Below are positions 51,636 to 63,536 of a stretch of DNA of 64,000 bases, piece after piece. The notes beneath the pieces are model-generated. The model ran no database searches. It worked only from the letters and a program-made list of their open reading frames with translations, and was not told where the DNA came from. Positions within the stretch are counted from its first letter, which is position 1. Each line of letters starts with the position of its first letter. Where the stretch lies: the NCBI RefSeq assembly GCF_963506605.1, contig NC_083277.1, positions 9,238,001 through 9,302,000 on the forward strand, written 5' to 3'. The position numbers were made by a program, and so were the translations under genes. This stretch comes from Zootoca vivipara. Taxonomy: Eukaryota.

Positions 51636-52271
51636 CAGTGGTTCCCAACAGGTGGTCCGGGGACCCCCAGGGGTCCGCGAGCTATGCCAGAGGGGTCCGC
51701 AAGATGCTATTAGAATAAAAAATATATTAAATATATTTCGTATGATAACAGATTTTTTTGTTTTGGCCGCTTCCTGCATGAGCAGAGTCTAGCGCAAAAC
51801 TAGAATTAGATAGAGGCAGTAGTTTTGCTGTATGCCGTTAGGTGGCGCTTTACAAACACTACTGTTTTGCAAAGAGGCAGCGCGCGCATTCTACTAACGC
51901 TCACCTCCCCAAGATGCTTTGCGCGCGTCGGCTTCATTTGTACGCTACTGCGCAGGTACCCTGTCTTCTCCATTCCCCTCCCTGGCACGCGCTGCCTCTT
52001 TGCAAAACAGTAGTGTTTGTAAACAAAGCGTTTTTCGCGGAAGCTACAGTTCGTGGTTAAAAATGGACCGTTGGTTAAAAAGTGGTTCGTTAAAACGACA
52101 AAGGCCTACAGATGAAGAGGAAGAACTGTAAAAAACGTATAAATATAAAATATAAAAAGATTCTTAATTTGGCTCTCACTTTTTAATTTTAGGATTAGGA
52201 ATTAATGGGGGTCCTTGTCACAATAGCGGCTCGATGAGGGGTCTTCGAGAAAATTTTGTTGGGAACCCCTG
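51636..52271. mobile_element. hAT non-autonomous element
   Basis: CAG.GGTTCCCAACA TIRs; 8 bp TSD CCCTAGAC. Confidence 0.9.
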
Positions 52272-52395
52272 CCCTAGACAAACTACTTTAAAATTGCTGA
52301 TGGTCTCGGAATTTTTCCTCCTTTATTTCCAGGAAAATATCTCTGACTTTTTTTCCAAGAAAAGTTAGCTACAACTCTAAAGAAAAACCACCCCT

Positions 52396-54446
52396 GGCTT
52401 CCGGTTGACCACGCCATCTTGCTCAGACGGGGGTCCGCACAGCGGAGCGGACCTCGGCGCTTCAGAGGTGGAGGGAATCGTTCCAGCGAAACGAAACCTC
52501 CTTAAAAGCCCCAAATCGAGCTTTTTGGGGACAGATTTTGCCTGGCGGCGCCAAAAGCAGGCTCTCTCCTCCCCGGATCGGCTTTGTTTAAGCCCCCGAG
52601 AGCGAGGAGGTGAACCGCGGCGGACAGGCTGACATTGCTGCTCTGAGAGTGCGAAGCTGCGAGTCTGGGAAGTGGAGGTGGCCAATTCTTCAAAGAACAC
52701 TCAGCAAATGAATAGACTGTGAGTAATTTGGATTCTTTGGAATGTAAATTAAGGCAACAATTTGGACCTGGGAGAGAGGGGAAAAGAGGAAGCCACCCCC
52801 CCCCCACGGTAACATAAGAGACAGTAAACAGAAACCCGAAGCCGTAAACAGAAGATTTTAACTTAAAAGGATTCCTCAAAGGCATCAAAGAGAATCTCCC
52901 CTAAATGCAGGGTAAAAGGGGAGAGAGACTGTTGTGATTGCCCTGCAGAATGAAGTTAAGACTAAGAAAGACCTTTCTTTTTCTCGGGAGCCGGCAGCCC
53001 AGAAAACCCAGTGAGCTGACCAGGATTTATAGTTAAATTTTATTTCTATCTTTATCTCTGGACTTTTTGGAAATTCTTTTTTGGTTTATATGCTTTTGAA
53101 ATGTGAGTTCGAACTTTATTTTTAAGAATGCAGCCAGCTTGTTAAAATGGAGTCGAGAAAATAGACTGCGATCATATTCCACCCCATGTGACAAGTTTTG
53201 ACCTTGACAGGACTGAACTATGTCAACAAAAAGGTACCCGCCTGAGTTTCAGCGGACTGTTTTGACCTTAATGTGGGAAGCAAGAATAGAACTATGTCAA
53301 GAGGAGACACAACGGCTAGTGTTACAGCAACAATTCCAGATTGTGATGACAGAATATGATTTCCTAGAAGATGAAGCTTTTGAAACTGAGGAGGATGAAT
53401 GTGGGAATGACAATGATGAGGACTGTGATGATTTAACACAGGATGAAGCCCATCACGAAAAAAATGATGATTTTACTCTACAAAAAGTTGGATGGAGTGC
53501 CTCCCCTTCGAGGGGGGCACGACTGGACTTACTGGAACTCCAGAATGACCACAGGGAAGAAGGAAAAATTAAGCAGAGAAGAGAAGAAGCTCAGGGGTCT
53601 GATATGGAGGCCTGGATGGCAAAAGACTGCAAACAGGGGGTGGGGTGAAGGGAAAGTGAAGTGGTGATTGTAAGGATGGGTTAATAGGACTATAACTGGA
53701 CTGCTGACTATGGAACTTGCTGGATTGGTGGGGTGGAGCCGGTACTCGGGGGGTGTAAGGTTAGTTTGGGAATAGTTATAGGTTTAAAAAGTGAATTGAT
53801 TCTGGAAAAAGGTGAAAATATGGAGGCCTATAGAGGGGTAAAAATTAGGCACGGGAAGAAAAAATGGGAGTTTGATTTCTCAGTGATTGGACAATAGGCG
53901 AAAATGATAATAGTTTAAAAGTGGTACAAGATATAAAGGTGTATGTTATAAAATATGAACTATGAAACTGTTGAAGATGATAAATAAGGGAGGAAAACCG
54001 GGGAAGGGTGGGAGGGTGGGGAAGCCCACAAAATATGGTTTAACAATTATGAATTTAACAATTATGATGAATTTTTATTTTTTTTTGTCTTTTTTCCTTT
54101 TTGTCTTTTTTTTTTCTTCTTCTCTTTTTTCTCTTTTTCTCTTTTTGCATTTTCTTTTTTTTTGGTATGACAATAGATGGTTGGATGGATGAACTCCTGC
54201 GTACTGCCCTGGTTCACTGGAGCTCCCTGGTGGCAGGGGGGGGCTTGGGGGGCAGGGGAGGGGGAGGAGGACAGAAACCCAATCATAAAATGGACCACTT
54301 CTGACTGATCACCTGCGTGGGATACTTCTGTGGCAGGGGAGGACCCATGGAGGGGGGTGGGAAGAAGGTGGAAAAGGTGTTTATGTATGTACCATCTTTT
54401 GTAATTTGTAAAAATCAATAAAAATTATGTTTAAAAAAAAAAATAA
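52396..54446 (+). mobile_element. Non-autonomous L1-type retroelement, apparently full length
   Basis: 18 bp TSD TAAAGAAAAACCACCCCT at 52378-52395 and 54447-54464; CpG-rich 5' end; G-rich tract; AATAAA and poly(A) tail. Confidence 0.85.
53220..53648 (+). CDS. Orphan acidic 142 aa ORF inside the L1-type element
   Basis: ATG-initiated ORF in the element's sense orientation; no domain recognised. Confidence 0.35.
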   Translation: MSTKRYPPEFQRTVLTLMWEARIELCQEETQRLVLQQQFQIVMTEYDFLEDEAFETEEDECGNDNDEDCDDLTQDEAHHEKNDDFTLQKVGWSASPSRGARLDLLELQNDHREEGKIKQRREEAQGSDMEAWMAKDCKQGVG

Positions 54447-54479
54447 TAAAGAAAAACCACCCCTCCGGCTGATCAGTAC

Positions 54480-54602
54480 CTCATTGCTTTTTCCACATTC
54501 CTCTTTCGTAGGATCCTCGATCATCAGTTCGTCACTGCTGCTTTCTTCTTTAACCTTCTCGATGTCTAATAGATCGCCAAGACTCTCCTGCAATTTCTCA
54601 TG
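54480..54602 (-). CDS. Gene E putative exon 3 (HEKLQESLGDLLDIEKVKEESSS...)
   Basis: ccattttcag|CAT...GAG|gtactg; 123 bp, phase 0-0. Confidence 0.6.
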
Positions 54603-56543
54603 CTGAAAATGGGGGGTGGGAAGAATGAAACCCTTAGGATCGGAATTGGAATAACATTCCTGATCACCACGGCAGTGTCTGTGGTTTAAAAAGGTTTCAG
54701 CAAGCAGCAGCAGTTGGGTCACCATGGTTCCCTTGGGAATCCGGCTTACATTATTCTGTCTGCCATTTGTGCAAGCGTCGGTCACAGGCTCCACCTTCTC
54801 TGACAGAAACCATGGTTTACTGGGCACATGGCTGAATTACTAGTTAGAAATCAGTCCTGGTTTCATAACTGGGGATTAAATCGGTTTCCTGGTATGGGTG
54901 TAACAGGAAACCATGGTTTAAACAATCCACAGGCCGGCACCTCAACTCGATGTACAGTACATGTACCTCGACATCTTGCAGTGACGTAGATGTACTTTGA
55001 GTAGCTTGGAAATCAGACACAAGCTGGCTGATAAGCCCAGAAACCACCAGGCAGAACCACTCACACCTCAGACCAGTTTTGTGGTGGGTTTTTTTGTTTT
55101 GTTTTTTACAGTATTACATTTAACAGCTTACACAAGGGCTGGGGAACCTTCCAGATGTGGCTAGGCTAAGTTTTATCTCCTACTTCACAGATGTGGAACC
55201 TGTTGCCCTTCAGGAGTTCCTGGACTACAAGTCCCATCATCCATGGCAGTGCTGGCTGGGTGGCTGATGGGAGTCAGAGTCCATCAGCATCCGATGGCCC
55301 TATAGGCATTGTTTACTGGTTTAACTGGCTGTAAGGCTTATGTTCCGATTTCTAAAGTTCCTTCTACACTGCAGGAGTTGACAAATCATACGCAACTTCT
55401 GCAAGAATTCTGATGAAACAGTTTGTTATCCTCAGACCAAATAATTATAGCAACGGCTAATAAAATGACATCAAATGCAAACAACTGCTATTTTAAAAAA
55501 GCGTATCTGGACAGAAGTTACATGGACACATTATCAAATCCTGAATTACACAAGAATGTGCTTGGCTCTCATCTGAGCGTGCCAAAAATATCAACGCTAA
55601 AAGTAGCATCTGCTGTGAAGACAACTAAGTAATCTATAAAGCCCTATTCAAGGCTTTCTTTTTAAAGCAGGAGGCGAGATGTAACTGCCTTGGTTCAAGA
55701 TAGGGAAGTGGTGGAGAACCAGTCTGGTATGGCTTGCCTCTGAAGGACGTCAAAAATAGGAAGATACCTTTCATTTCCATTCCAAGCAGTTGAATTGTGC
55801 CTAACTGGGGCGAGGAAAACTAGCTACAGGTCCTTTTCCAGTTATCTCTGGAACCAGCCGCATTGGTGCAAAGCAGCGTTCGAAATTCTCCAGGCGCATT
55901 TTGCACCTGGCTATTGGCCATTGCAACCGAGTGAAGATTGCCGGGTGCCAGGATGGCACCTGAAGTCTCCACCATCTGGAGGTACATGCCTGGGGATCAC
56001 TGGATCTTGACTATTTTCACATCCTGTAGAATTATATCCGGTTTCTGCACAATCGGAATGAATTTCAGGAACCAAAACATTGCATTGAAAAATACAACTG
56101 TCGAACCGCCTGGCCCAGAAATGGCGCCTAGGCGTTCCGTTTTGGCAACTGTAACCCTGTTTTTTAAGGAGCCGTTTGATGCCTAGCTTATATATTTGAG
56201 TTTTGTAACACTGGTGCAGAGGTGGGAATATCTGCCACAGATACAGAAAGCTGCCTTATACCAAATCAGGACATTGGTCCAGCCACCTCAGGACTGTCTA
56301 CACTTAATGAGAGTGGCTCAGGCCAGGAACATTCCCAGTTCTTTTTGGATATGTTGAGGATTGAACCCAGGAATGTACAAGAGATGTTCTGCCAACTGAA
56401 CGACACCCCTCCTCATAAAGGCTTTCAGATCTCTTTCTTGACTTTTGGCACCCTAACATCACCGAGATAATCTCCTAATTTTTTTGTGCAGCACGCCAAG
56501 GGCTTACGGAGCCCTAGAAAAAACAGGAGAGGATGTTCCTAAC

Positions 56544-56684
56544 CTTTAACTCCTCAGTGGCAGCTGATGCTTCAACTTTAACTTTCTCGTCGTCAATCAG
56601 CATCTCCTTTCTGTCCACTGGCTTCTCAGGCTTAGCTTCTCCTCTCTTTTGTTTAAGGAGGGTGAGGCGCTCCTTCGGCACCAC
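56544..56684 (-). CDS. Gene E putative exon 2 (VVPKERL...MLIDDEKVKVEASAATEELK)
   Basis: tttttcttcag|GTG...AAG|gttagg; 141 bp, phase 0-0. Confidence 0.65.
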
Positions 56685-57523
56685 CTGAAGAAAAAGAGAC
56701 ATCACCTGCTTGCTGATTTGCTTTAAGGTGCCAGGGACGGAACCTGAACATTTCTACCTTTGAAATATTTGCCCAATTCGTCCCAACTAATTAAAGGCCA
56801 CAAATTACGTGGCAAGGCCTTAAATCATGTGCATGTTTCACCAGGAGATCTTCCATCTTTATCAGGGGGAATACTAACCTCTTCTTTCCTATAAGTGTAA
56901 TAGACTAAGTGGCGCGTTTCTAATAATCTCAAGAATTTATTTCCAAAAATAAGTTAACCTCTGGCATCCTACCACCACCACACTTACTGTCTGTATGCTC
57001 ATATATGTCTTTTATGTGAACCGCCCTGAGACCTCTGGGTACAGGGCGGTTGTTGTTGTTGTTTAGTCGTTTAGTCATGTCCGACTCTTCGTGACCCCAT
57101 AGACCAGAGCACGCCAGGCAGGGTGTATATACAGGGCGTATGTACAGGGCGGTATATAAACTCAATTAATAATAATAATAAAAACAAGACCAACCCCCCA
57201 GAGTCCCTGTTCAGTATCAAACACTATTTTGCATGCAATGTAGCCATCTGTCTATTGATGTTTATTTTAATTATTTTACTCAGTTGTGTTTTTTTTAAAT
57301 AATGTTGTAAGCCGCAGTGGCGTGTTTTTATGGTATACTATATAAAGAATTATAAAGAAAATAATTAACTGGGGTGGGAGGAAGCTGACAATGAGAGTTA
57401 TCCCTTCCATCCTCTGAAAAGCTCAGGGACCATTCTGCCCTCACGCATTCTCTCCCCACAACCATCATGCTGTTTTGACCTGTTCTGAACTTACTGTAGA
57501 AATTGGGAGTTCTTGGTGAAGTC

Positions 57524-57989
57524 CAGAAATAAACAGTAAATTGCAAGAACTCGGGCCAGGAGGAAGACGAATTTCAAGTAAATCTTCAAAAGGTTTTATT
57601 TATGTAATGATGAATTCAAATAGGAATCAATTCCAGTATGATTTTTTGTTTAGTCGTGTCCGACTCTTCGTGACCCCATGGACCATAGCACGCCAGGCAC
57701 TCCTGTCTTCCACTGCCTCCCGCAGTTTGGTCAGACTCATGTTTGATATGATAGGCAAATAAAAATAAATTCCAGTGGGAAAAAAATCCCAGGACAATGT
57801 TTTAATGGTCAGAGTGTACCAAACATTGCTGATCCTGGGATTTTTTCACTGGAATTTATTTTTATTTGCCTATCATACTGGAATTGATTCATATTTGAAT
57901 TCATCATAACAAACTAAAAACTTTTGAAGATTTACTTGAAATTCATCTTCCTCCTGGCCAGAGTTCTTGCAATTTACTGTTTATTTCTG
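57524..57989. repeat. Long inverted repeat (foldback) with a BovB fragment inserted at 57643-57746
   Basis: Arms of ~170 bp are reverse complements; the insert is flanked by TATGAT. Confidence 0.9.
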
Positions 57990-58895
57990 TTGAGAACTTA
58001 AGCACTATAGAAAAGAAGATAAATGAGGTTAATGGCATAAAAGCCGTACAAAATTAAAGTATTGTTATGAATATTACTACAAATCTAAAATACTGATTAT
58101 TGAAGTAGAGTTGAAAAATGAAATCAGAATCAGCAAAGCTAGAATTGTACAAGGAAAAGGGATGAGAGATGCTCAAAAGAAGGGATATTTGTAGCCATTT
58201 TTTCCTTGGAAGGAGACTCCCCCACCCCCAGTTATCAAAGAAAAGCAAGATTACATTCCATAGATATCCAACCACATGAAAGGATTTGATAAATCGTATG
58301 CCCAAAACGCATGCATTACAACTTCTGCAACAATTTTGATTCAACATAGCTTACTATCATTAAAGCAAAACCATTTCAGCAACATCTAATAAAACTATAT
58401 CAAACAGCAAACAACTGTTGTTTTTAAAAAGTGTATCTGGATAGAAGTTATGTAAGACATATTACCGAAACCAAGAATGTGCTTGGCTCGCATCTGGGCA
58501 TACTAAAAGCATCAATGCTAAAAACAGCATTTGCTGTGAACACAACTTGTTTGACTAATCTAGAAGGGTGGACTGATTAAGTTGGACCAATTCAAAATTT
58601 TATTTTTATAACAGGAGACGCTGAACGCATTGTTTCAAGATAAGGAACAGGGAGTAGTGATGTACTGGTGTGGTACGCAGGTCTGGCCGGTCTCCAAAGG
58701 ACATTACAAAAATAGAAAGATGTATTTTATTCCTGTTTTAATAAATTTAATTGTACTTCTGCATTTTAAAATATTATCATCATTTAAGTTCTATACCACT
58801 TAATAAAATATTTTTAAGTGGTATACAGAAAACTGAAACAACCTAAGGTCTAGCAGACCCTGCCCTAGAAAAGCCACAAATACTTTAAAAACCTA

Positions 58896-59198
58896 GAATC
58901 ATAGAGTTGGAAGAGACCACAAGGGCCATCCAGTCCAACCCCCTGCCAAGCAGGAAACACCATCAAAGCATTCCTGACATATGGCCATCAAGTCTCCACT
59001 TAAAGACCTCCAAAGAAGGAGACTCCACCACACTCCTTGGCAGCAAATTCCACTGCCGAACAGCTCTTACTGTCAGGAAGTTCTTCCTAATGCTTAGGTG
59101 GAATCTTCTTTCTTGTAGTTTGAATCCATTGCTTTGTGTCCGCTTCTCCGGAGCAGCAGAAAACAACCTTTCTCCCTCCTCTATATGACATCCTTTCA
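58896..59198 (-). mobile_element. CR1 LINE 3' fragment (others at ~18864-19040, 31400-32115, 35147-35290)
   Basis: GFKLQERRFHL.IRKNFLTVRAV.QWN.LP..VVESPSLEVFK.RLD; (GATTCTAT)n-type tail. Confidence 0.9.
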
Positions 59199-59423
59199 GA
59201 CTTAGGCTCAAAAACCCAGCTGAAGAGAAGGTTTTTTAGTCTGGAGCCTAAAACTCGACAAAGGGGGCTGCAGGCAAGAGTCCCTGGGGAGAGGATTCCC
59301 CAAACTGGGAGCCACCACTGAAAAGGCCTGTTTCTCGTGTTGCCGTTTTGCATGTTTCCCACATGGATGATGATCACAGGGTTTGCAGGAAGATTCAAAT
59401 GGAGAGAGGTGGTCCTCAAGGTC

Positions 59424-60320
59424 CTCTTCTTCTTCTTTGGAGATCACTTGTAGCCAAGTAAGATTGTCACCAATTAATACGGCCAATTCTGGGAGCCAGT
59501 GTGGTGTAGTGGTTAAGAGCGGTAGACTCGTAATCTCGGGGAACCAGGTTCGCATCTCCGCTCCTCCACTTGCAGCTGCTGGGTGACCTTCGACTAGTCA
59601 CACTTCTCTGAAGTCTCTCAGCTTCACTCACCTCACAGAGTGTTTGTTGTGGGGGAGGAAGGGAAAGAAGAATGTTAGCTGCTTTGAGACTCCTTAGGAT
59701 AGTGATAAAGCAGGATATCAAATCCAAACTCCTCCTCTTCTTCTTCTTCTTCCACAGTGGGATCAAAGGTTTCCGGGTGGGAGCTGATCATGGTGAGGAT
59801 TTGCTAAGCGTGCCTTCCTCTTAGCACTTTTCTCCCTTGTGTCCTGAGTTCAAGCTTCTTCAAAGCCCATGACACCTTTGGTAAAGGCTGTTCTCCAACT
59901 GGAGCGCTCGTAGCCAGTGTTTCCCAGTTGTCAGTGTATATACTACATTTTTAAAGACTCGTCTTGAGAGAGTCTTTAAACCTCTTTTGTTGACCACCAG
60001 CATTACGCTTTCCATTTTTAAGTTCAGAATAGAGTAGTTGCTTTGGAAGACGATCATCAGGCATCCGCACAACATGACCAGTCCAACGAAGTTGATGTTG
60101 AAGAATCATTGCTTCAACACTGGTGATCTTGGCTTCTTCCAGTACACTGGTATTAGTTCGCCTGTCTTCTCAAGTGATGTGCAAAAAAAAAATTGGAAAT
60201 GCCGTTGATGGAATGTTGGAGATGGCGTTTATAAGTGGTCCATGTTTCACAAGTGTACAATAAGGTTGGTAGTACAATACTGTAGCTTTGTAAACAATCA
60301 TTTTGGTTTCCCTGCAAATG
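59424..60320 (-). mobile_element. RTE-clade LINE 3' fragment interrupted by a SINE
   Basis: LLYTCETWT, GGQQKRFKDS, degenerate HCGR..RIG knuckle, (GAA)n tail. Confidence 0.75.
59491..59750 (+). mobile_element. Squam3-type tRNA/CORE SINE
   Basis: A/B-box head, CORE-like body, (CTT)n tail. Confidence 0.8.
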
Positions 60321-61190
60321 TCCTGGTCGAGGTATTGGGATCCTGATCCACATAAGGCTTTATGGGTCAAAACCAGCACTTTGAAACTAACTGGTAGCCA
60401 GTGTGGGTGGGCCAGGATCATTGTGTGCCCAGACCACCTTGCAACCTGGCTGGGAGGTTCTGCACCAACCGCAGTTTGTGAACCACCAAGAAACATTTAA
60501 ACATTTCAGCGTAGTATAGCATCAAAATGACTATTATTTTTTATTTGCAGAGTATGCCCAGATTTTTTTTCAAAATGCGAGCAAGAACATTGAGTGATGC
60601 TGCAAGCTCACGACTCTCATTGAGTTTGTATACATACTTAAGGTACGAGGCTTGTTTATAATTCATGTTCCTATGTGAATGCATTGTTTTACGCTTTCTA
60701 AGTGTCGCACGATTATATTATAAAGTAGTTTTGTTCTACGTTATAAATCAAGCGCTGCAAGGTGTTGTTTCTTTTTGCTTTCCAAAGTATTTCTTATCAA
60801 ATAAAAAACTGGTGTGGTCTGAGCACATTTTTATTCTGAAAGTGTGGCCTGGAGAAAAAAGTTCGAAGAACCACTGTTTTAGAACATATGAAAGGCTCAG
60901 CTATTGGATAAAGTTCAGCACCCTTTTCTCACGGCAGCCAATCAGATGCTCTTTTTATTTTATTTTTTAAAAAACCTAGAGATTTCAGGGATTGAACCCA
61001 GGACAAAGCAAGCATTCTCCCATTGAGCTACAGCCTGTCCTCAGATAATTAGGAACAAAGGGAGCTGCCATATCAGCTCCCTTTGTTGAATCAGACCCTT
61101 GGTCCATCTAGCTCAGTAATGTCAACACAGACTGGCAGCAGCCTTCCAGAGTGCCAGGCAGGAGACCACCACCCCTTCCCCAGTCCTACC

Positions 61191-61330
61191 AGCTGGGATA
61201 GCTCAGCCGGTACAGCAGGAGACTCTTATCTCAGGGTTGTAAGTTCGAGTTCCACGCTGGGCAAAAGAGTCCTGCATTGCAGGGGGTTGGGCTAGATGAC
61301 CCTCGGGATGCCTTCCAACTCTATGATTCT
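61191..61330 (+). mobile_element. tRNA-Lys(CTT)-derived SINE with a CR1 3' tail
   Basis: Head resembles tRNA-Lys (TAGCTCAG.CGGTA.AGCA.GAGACTCTT...GTTCGAG), followed by the CR1 terminal sequence. Confidence 0.75.
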
Positions 61331-61662
61331 ACCTGGAATTGCCACTGGTGTTTGGACCTGGGGCCTTCTGCATAAAAAGCAGATTCTCTGCCACTAATTT
61401 TCCTTCCTTCCCCAGAAAAAGTGGGGGCAGAACCTCAGATTTGTATTGATTTTTTAAAAAATTGATTTTTTGGGGGGGGGCAGGCGCTCCCCTGCCTCCC
61501 CCTTGGCTACGCCCACGCAGCTGTGGTTTGAACCTGCAAACTCCTCCATTCAAAAGCAACACTCTAATCCAGACCAGTTAATACAGCTTTTTTTTTTAAG
61601 GAAATTATCTTTGTTGAATGTGGACCTTTGCCTGCTCCTCTTTCCTCCCTGATAATTCCTAC

Positions 61663-61704
61663 CTGAATTTTCTCTTCTGCACCCTTTTCAACTCCAGCGT
61701 CCAT
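61663..61704 (-). CDS. Gene E putative start exon (MDAGVEKGAEEKIQ)
   Basis: ACCATGG Kozak, donor CAG|gtagga, acceptor before 61711, just downstream of a CpG island. Confidence 0.6.
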
Positions 61705-61819
61705 GGTAAAGCTAGGGTGATCGAGGAAATGTTGTGCTCCTAGTGGGGGAGGGGGAGAGGGGAGGGGATGGGAGGAAAAGAAAAGGGAGTTTTAATTTTT
61801 TTAAAAAAAAATGATTGAA

Positions 61820-63300
61820 AGGGAAAGCGGGTGCGGTGGGAGAGAAAAAGCAAGCAAGCAACCCGGTTCCTTCTCTCTCTGGGGGCGTAGAAAAGTCGTG
61901 AGTTCAAGTTTGCAGCGCTACCAAGGCTCCATCGTAGAACATTTGCTTCCCGATCTCCTTCCGCATCATGAAAAAAATCAGGAGGAGCAATCGCTTCGAT
62001 CGAGAGCGGTCAGCGGTAGGCCCCACGTGCTGCTGCGCCGAGCCCCTGAGCACGTGCAGAGTGCAGATCGTAGCACCACCCACCTCTCCCCGGGAAGCAG
62101 GCACAACCTAACTTCAACTCCCCCCCCCAAAAAAAAAACAGGGAAAAGAAAAGGTGGCTGCGGGCGGAGGCGCAAGGAGAAGAGAACATCCAAATATGAG
62201 GCGAGTTGTTATTATTGTTGTTATTATTCTTATTATTATTATTAAAAAATGCTTTAGAGCATGTGCAAAAAGTCTTCCCTTGCCCGCCCCCGTACCCCAA
62301 CCTACGGAAACGGATGGCGAAGCGCAGCCAAGCTCGTCTGAAGGCGCCGAGAAGTCCGTCCGGCAGGCGGAGGGTGATGCAACAGGGAAGGCCAGGCTCC
62401 TTCTGAGCATGTGCAAAGCGCGCCCCGCTACCCTTTCCTGCAAGGATCGCCCACCCACCAGCCCGCCCACACCCACCTAGGACTTGGGGCGGGGGAAGGC
62501 GGAAATCGTTTAAGAGAATGCCTCTGAGCATGTGCAAAGTGCACCCCTCTCTTCTTCCCCCGCCCGCAGGTTAAAAGATCCTTTCTTGTGAAGGAAAGCG
62601 GGAGGAAAATCAATAATATAAATATACTACTAATACTGCAAATCTGTCGGAACAGCTCCAGCGGAGCCCAGCCTCTCTAATTCCCGAGTCTTTGGGAGGA
62701 ACGTCTGCATTGCTAACTTAAACCGGTTAGCAACCCACTCGCTTCCCCTCCCGCGGAACCCTGGGAGTTGTAGGGCGGTAGACCCGGAGCGGCCATTCAC
62801 CGCGCGGCCTCCGGGACTACAACTCCCAGGGTTCCTTGCGAGGCGATGGACGCGGCGAGCTTTGCAAGAGGTTCGGAGCAGAAGCGCCTGGAGCAGAGAC
62901 CAGTCTTGCAGGGAATAACGAGTCAGTCAGTGGGGGATAAACCTTCAAAGCAGGGGGCTTTTGTTTTCATTTATAGTTTCTTTACTTCTTGCCCTTCTCC
63001 TTGCCCCGCTTCTGGAGTTTGATTTCTTTTCAGGAAACCGGTTTGAAACCGGGTTAAAGGGGCGCCGTGTACACTCGGGTTCGCGTCGCTTAAGGAAAGG
63101 AGACTTCTTTCCCCGCTGCCTGTCTCCCGCGCCCCTCGGGGTCCAGGGATCTAGGACGGACGGAGGCGCGGGCTGAGCTCACCGTTCACACGGGCAGTGC
63201 CCGGGGACAAAACCCGGCGCGGCTGCCCGCTTTTGCGAAGCGGAGCAATAAGGAGAGGAATCCGTGGCTTCTGCTTCCGCTCCGCTAGGACTAGCCAGGG
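61820..63300. promoter_or_regulatory. CpG-island promoter of gene E with paired ZNF143/THAP11-like motifs and four GAGCAYGTGCA boxes
   Basis: High CpG density; inverted CTACAACTCCCAGGG pair at ~62760-62830. Confidence 0.7.
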
Positions 63301-63536
63301 TCCTCCTGTGGCCACGAAGGGCTCATCATCATCATCGAATTTGTATACCGCCCTTCATCCATGGAACTCAGGGGGTTCACAACATGAAATTACAATACAA
63401 AAAAACCCCTCGCAAAATACATAATAAACGTAAGAACAAAAGCAAACCAATAATCCCAATCCCATTACCCATTTAAGGGCATTGGATGTCAATCAGCCAA
63501 AGGCCTAGAAGAAAAGGAATACTTTCTCCTGGTGTA

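Noticed and set aside
59346-59803. Apparent SINE-interrupted exon (MISSHPETFDPTVEELAVL...)
   Set aside because: It is mostly the 3' end of the RTE LINE; the same tail occurs at 36200 and another frame gives the RTE knuckle
61191-61262. Possible tRNA-Lys gene (and possible tRNA-Asn gene at ~10940-11012)
   Set aside because: Broken stems and indels, and fused to CR1 tails, so these are SINE heads
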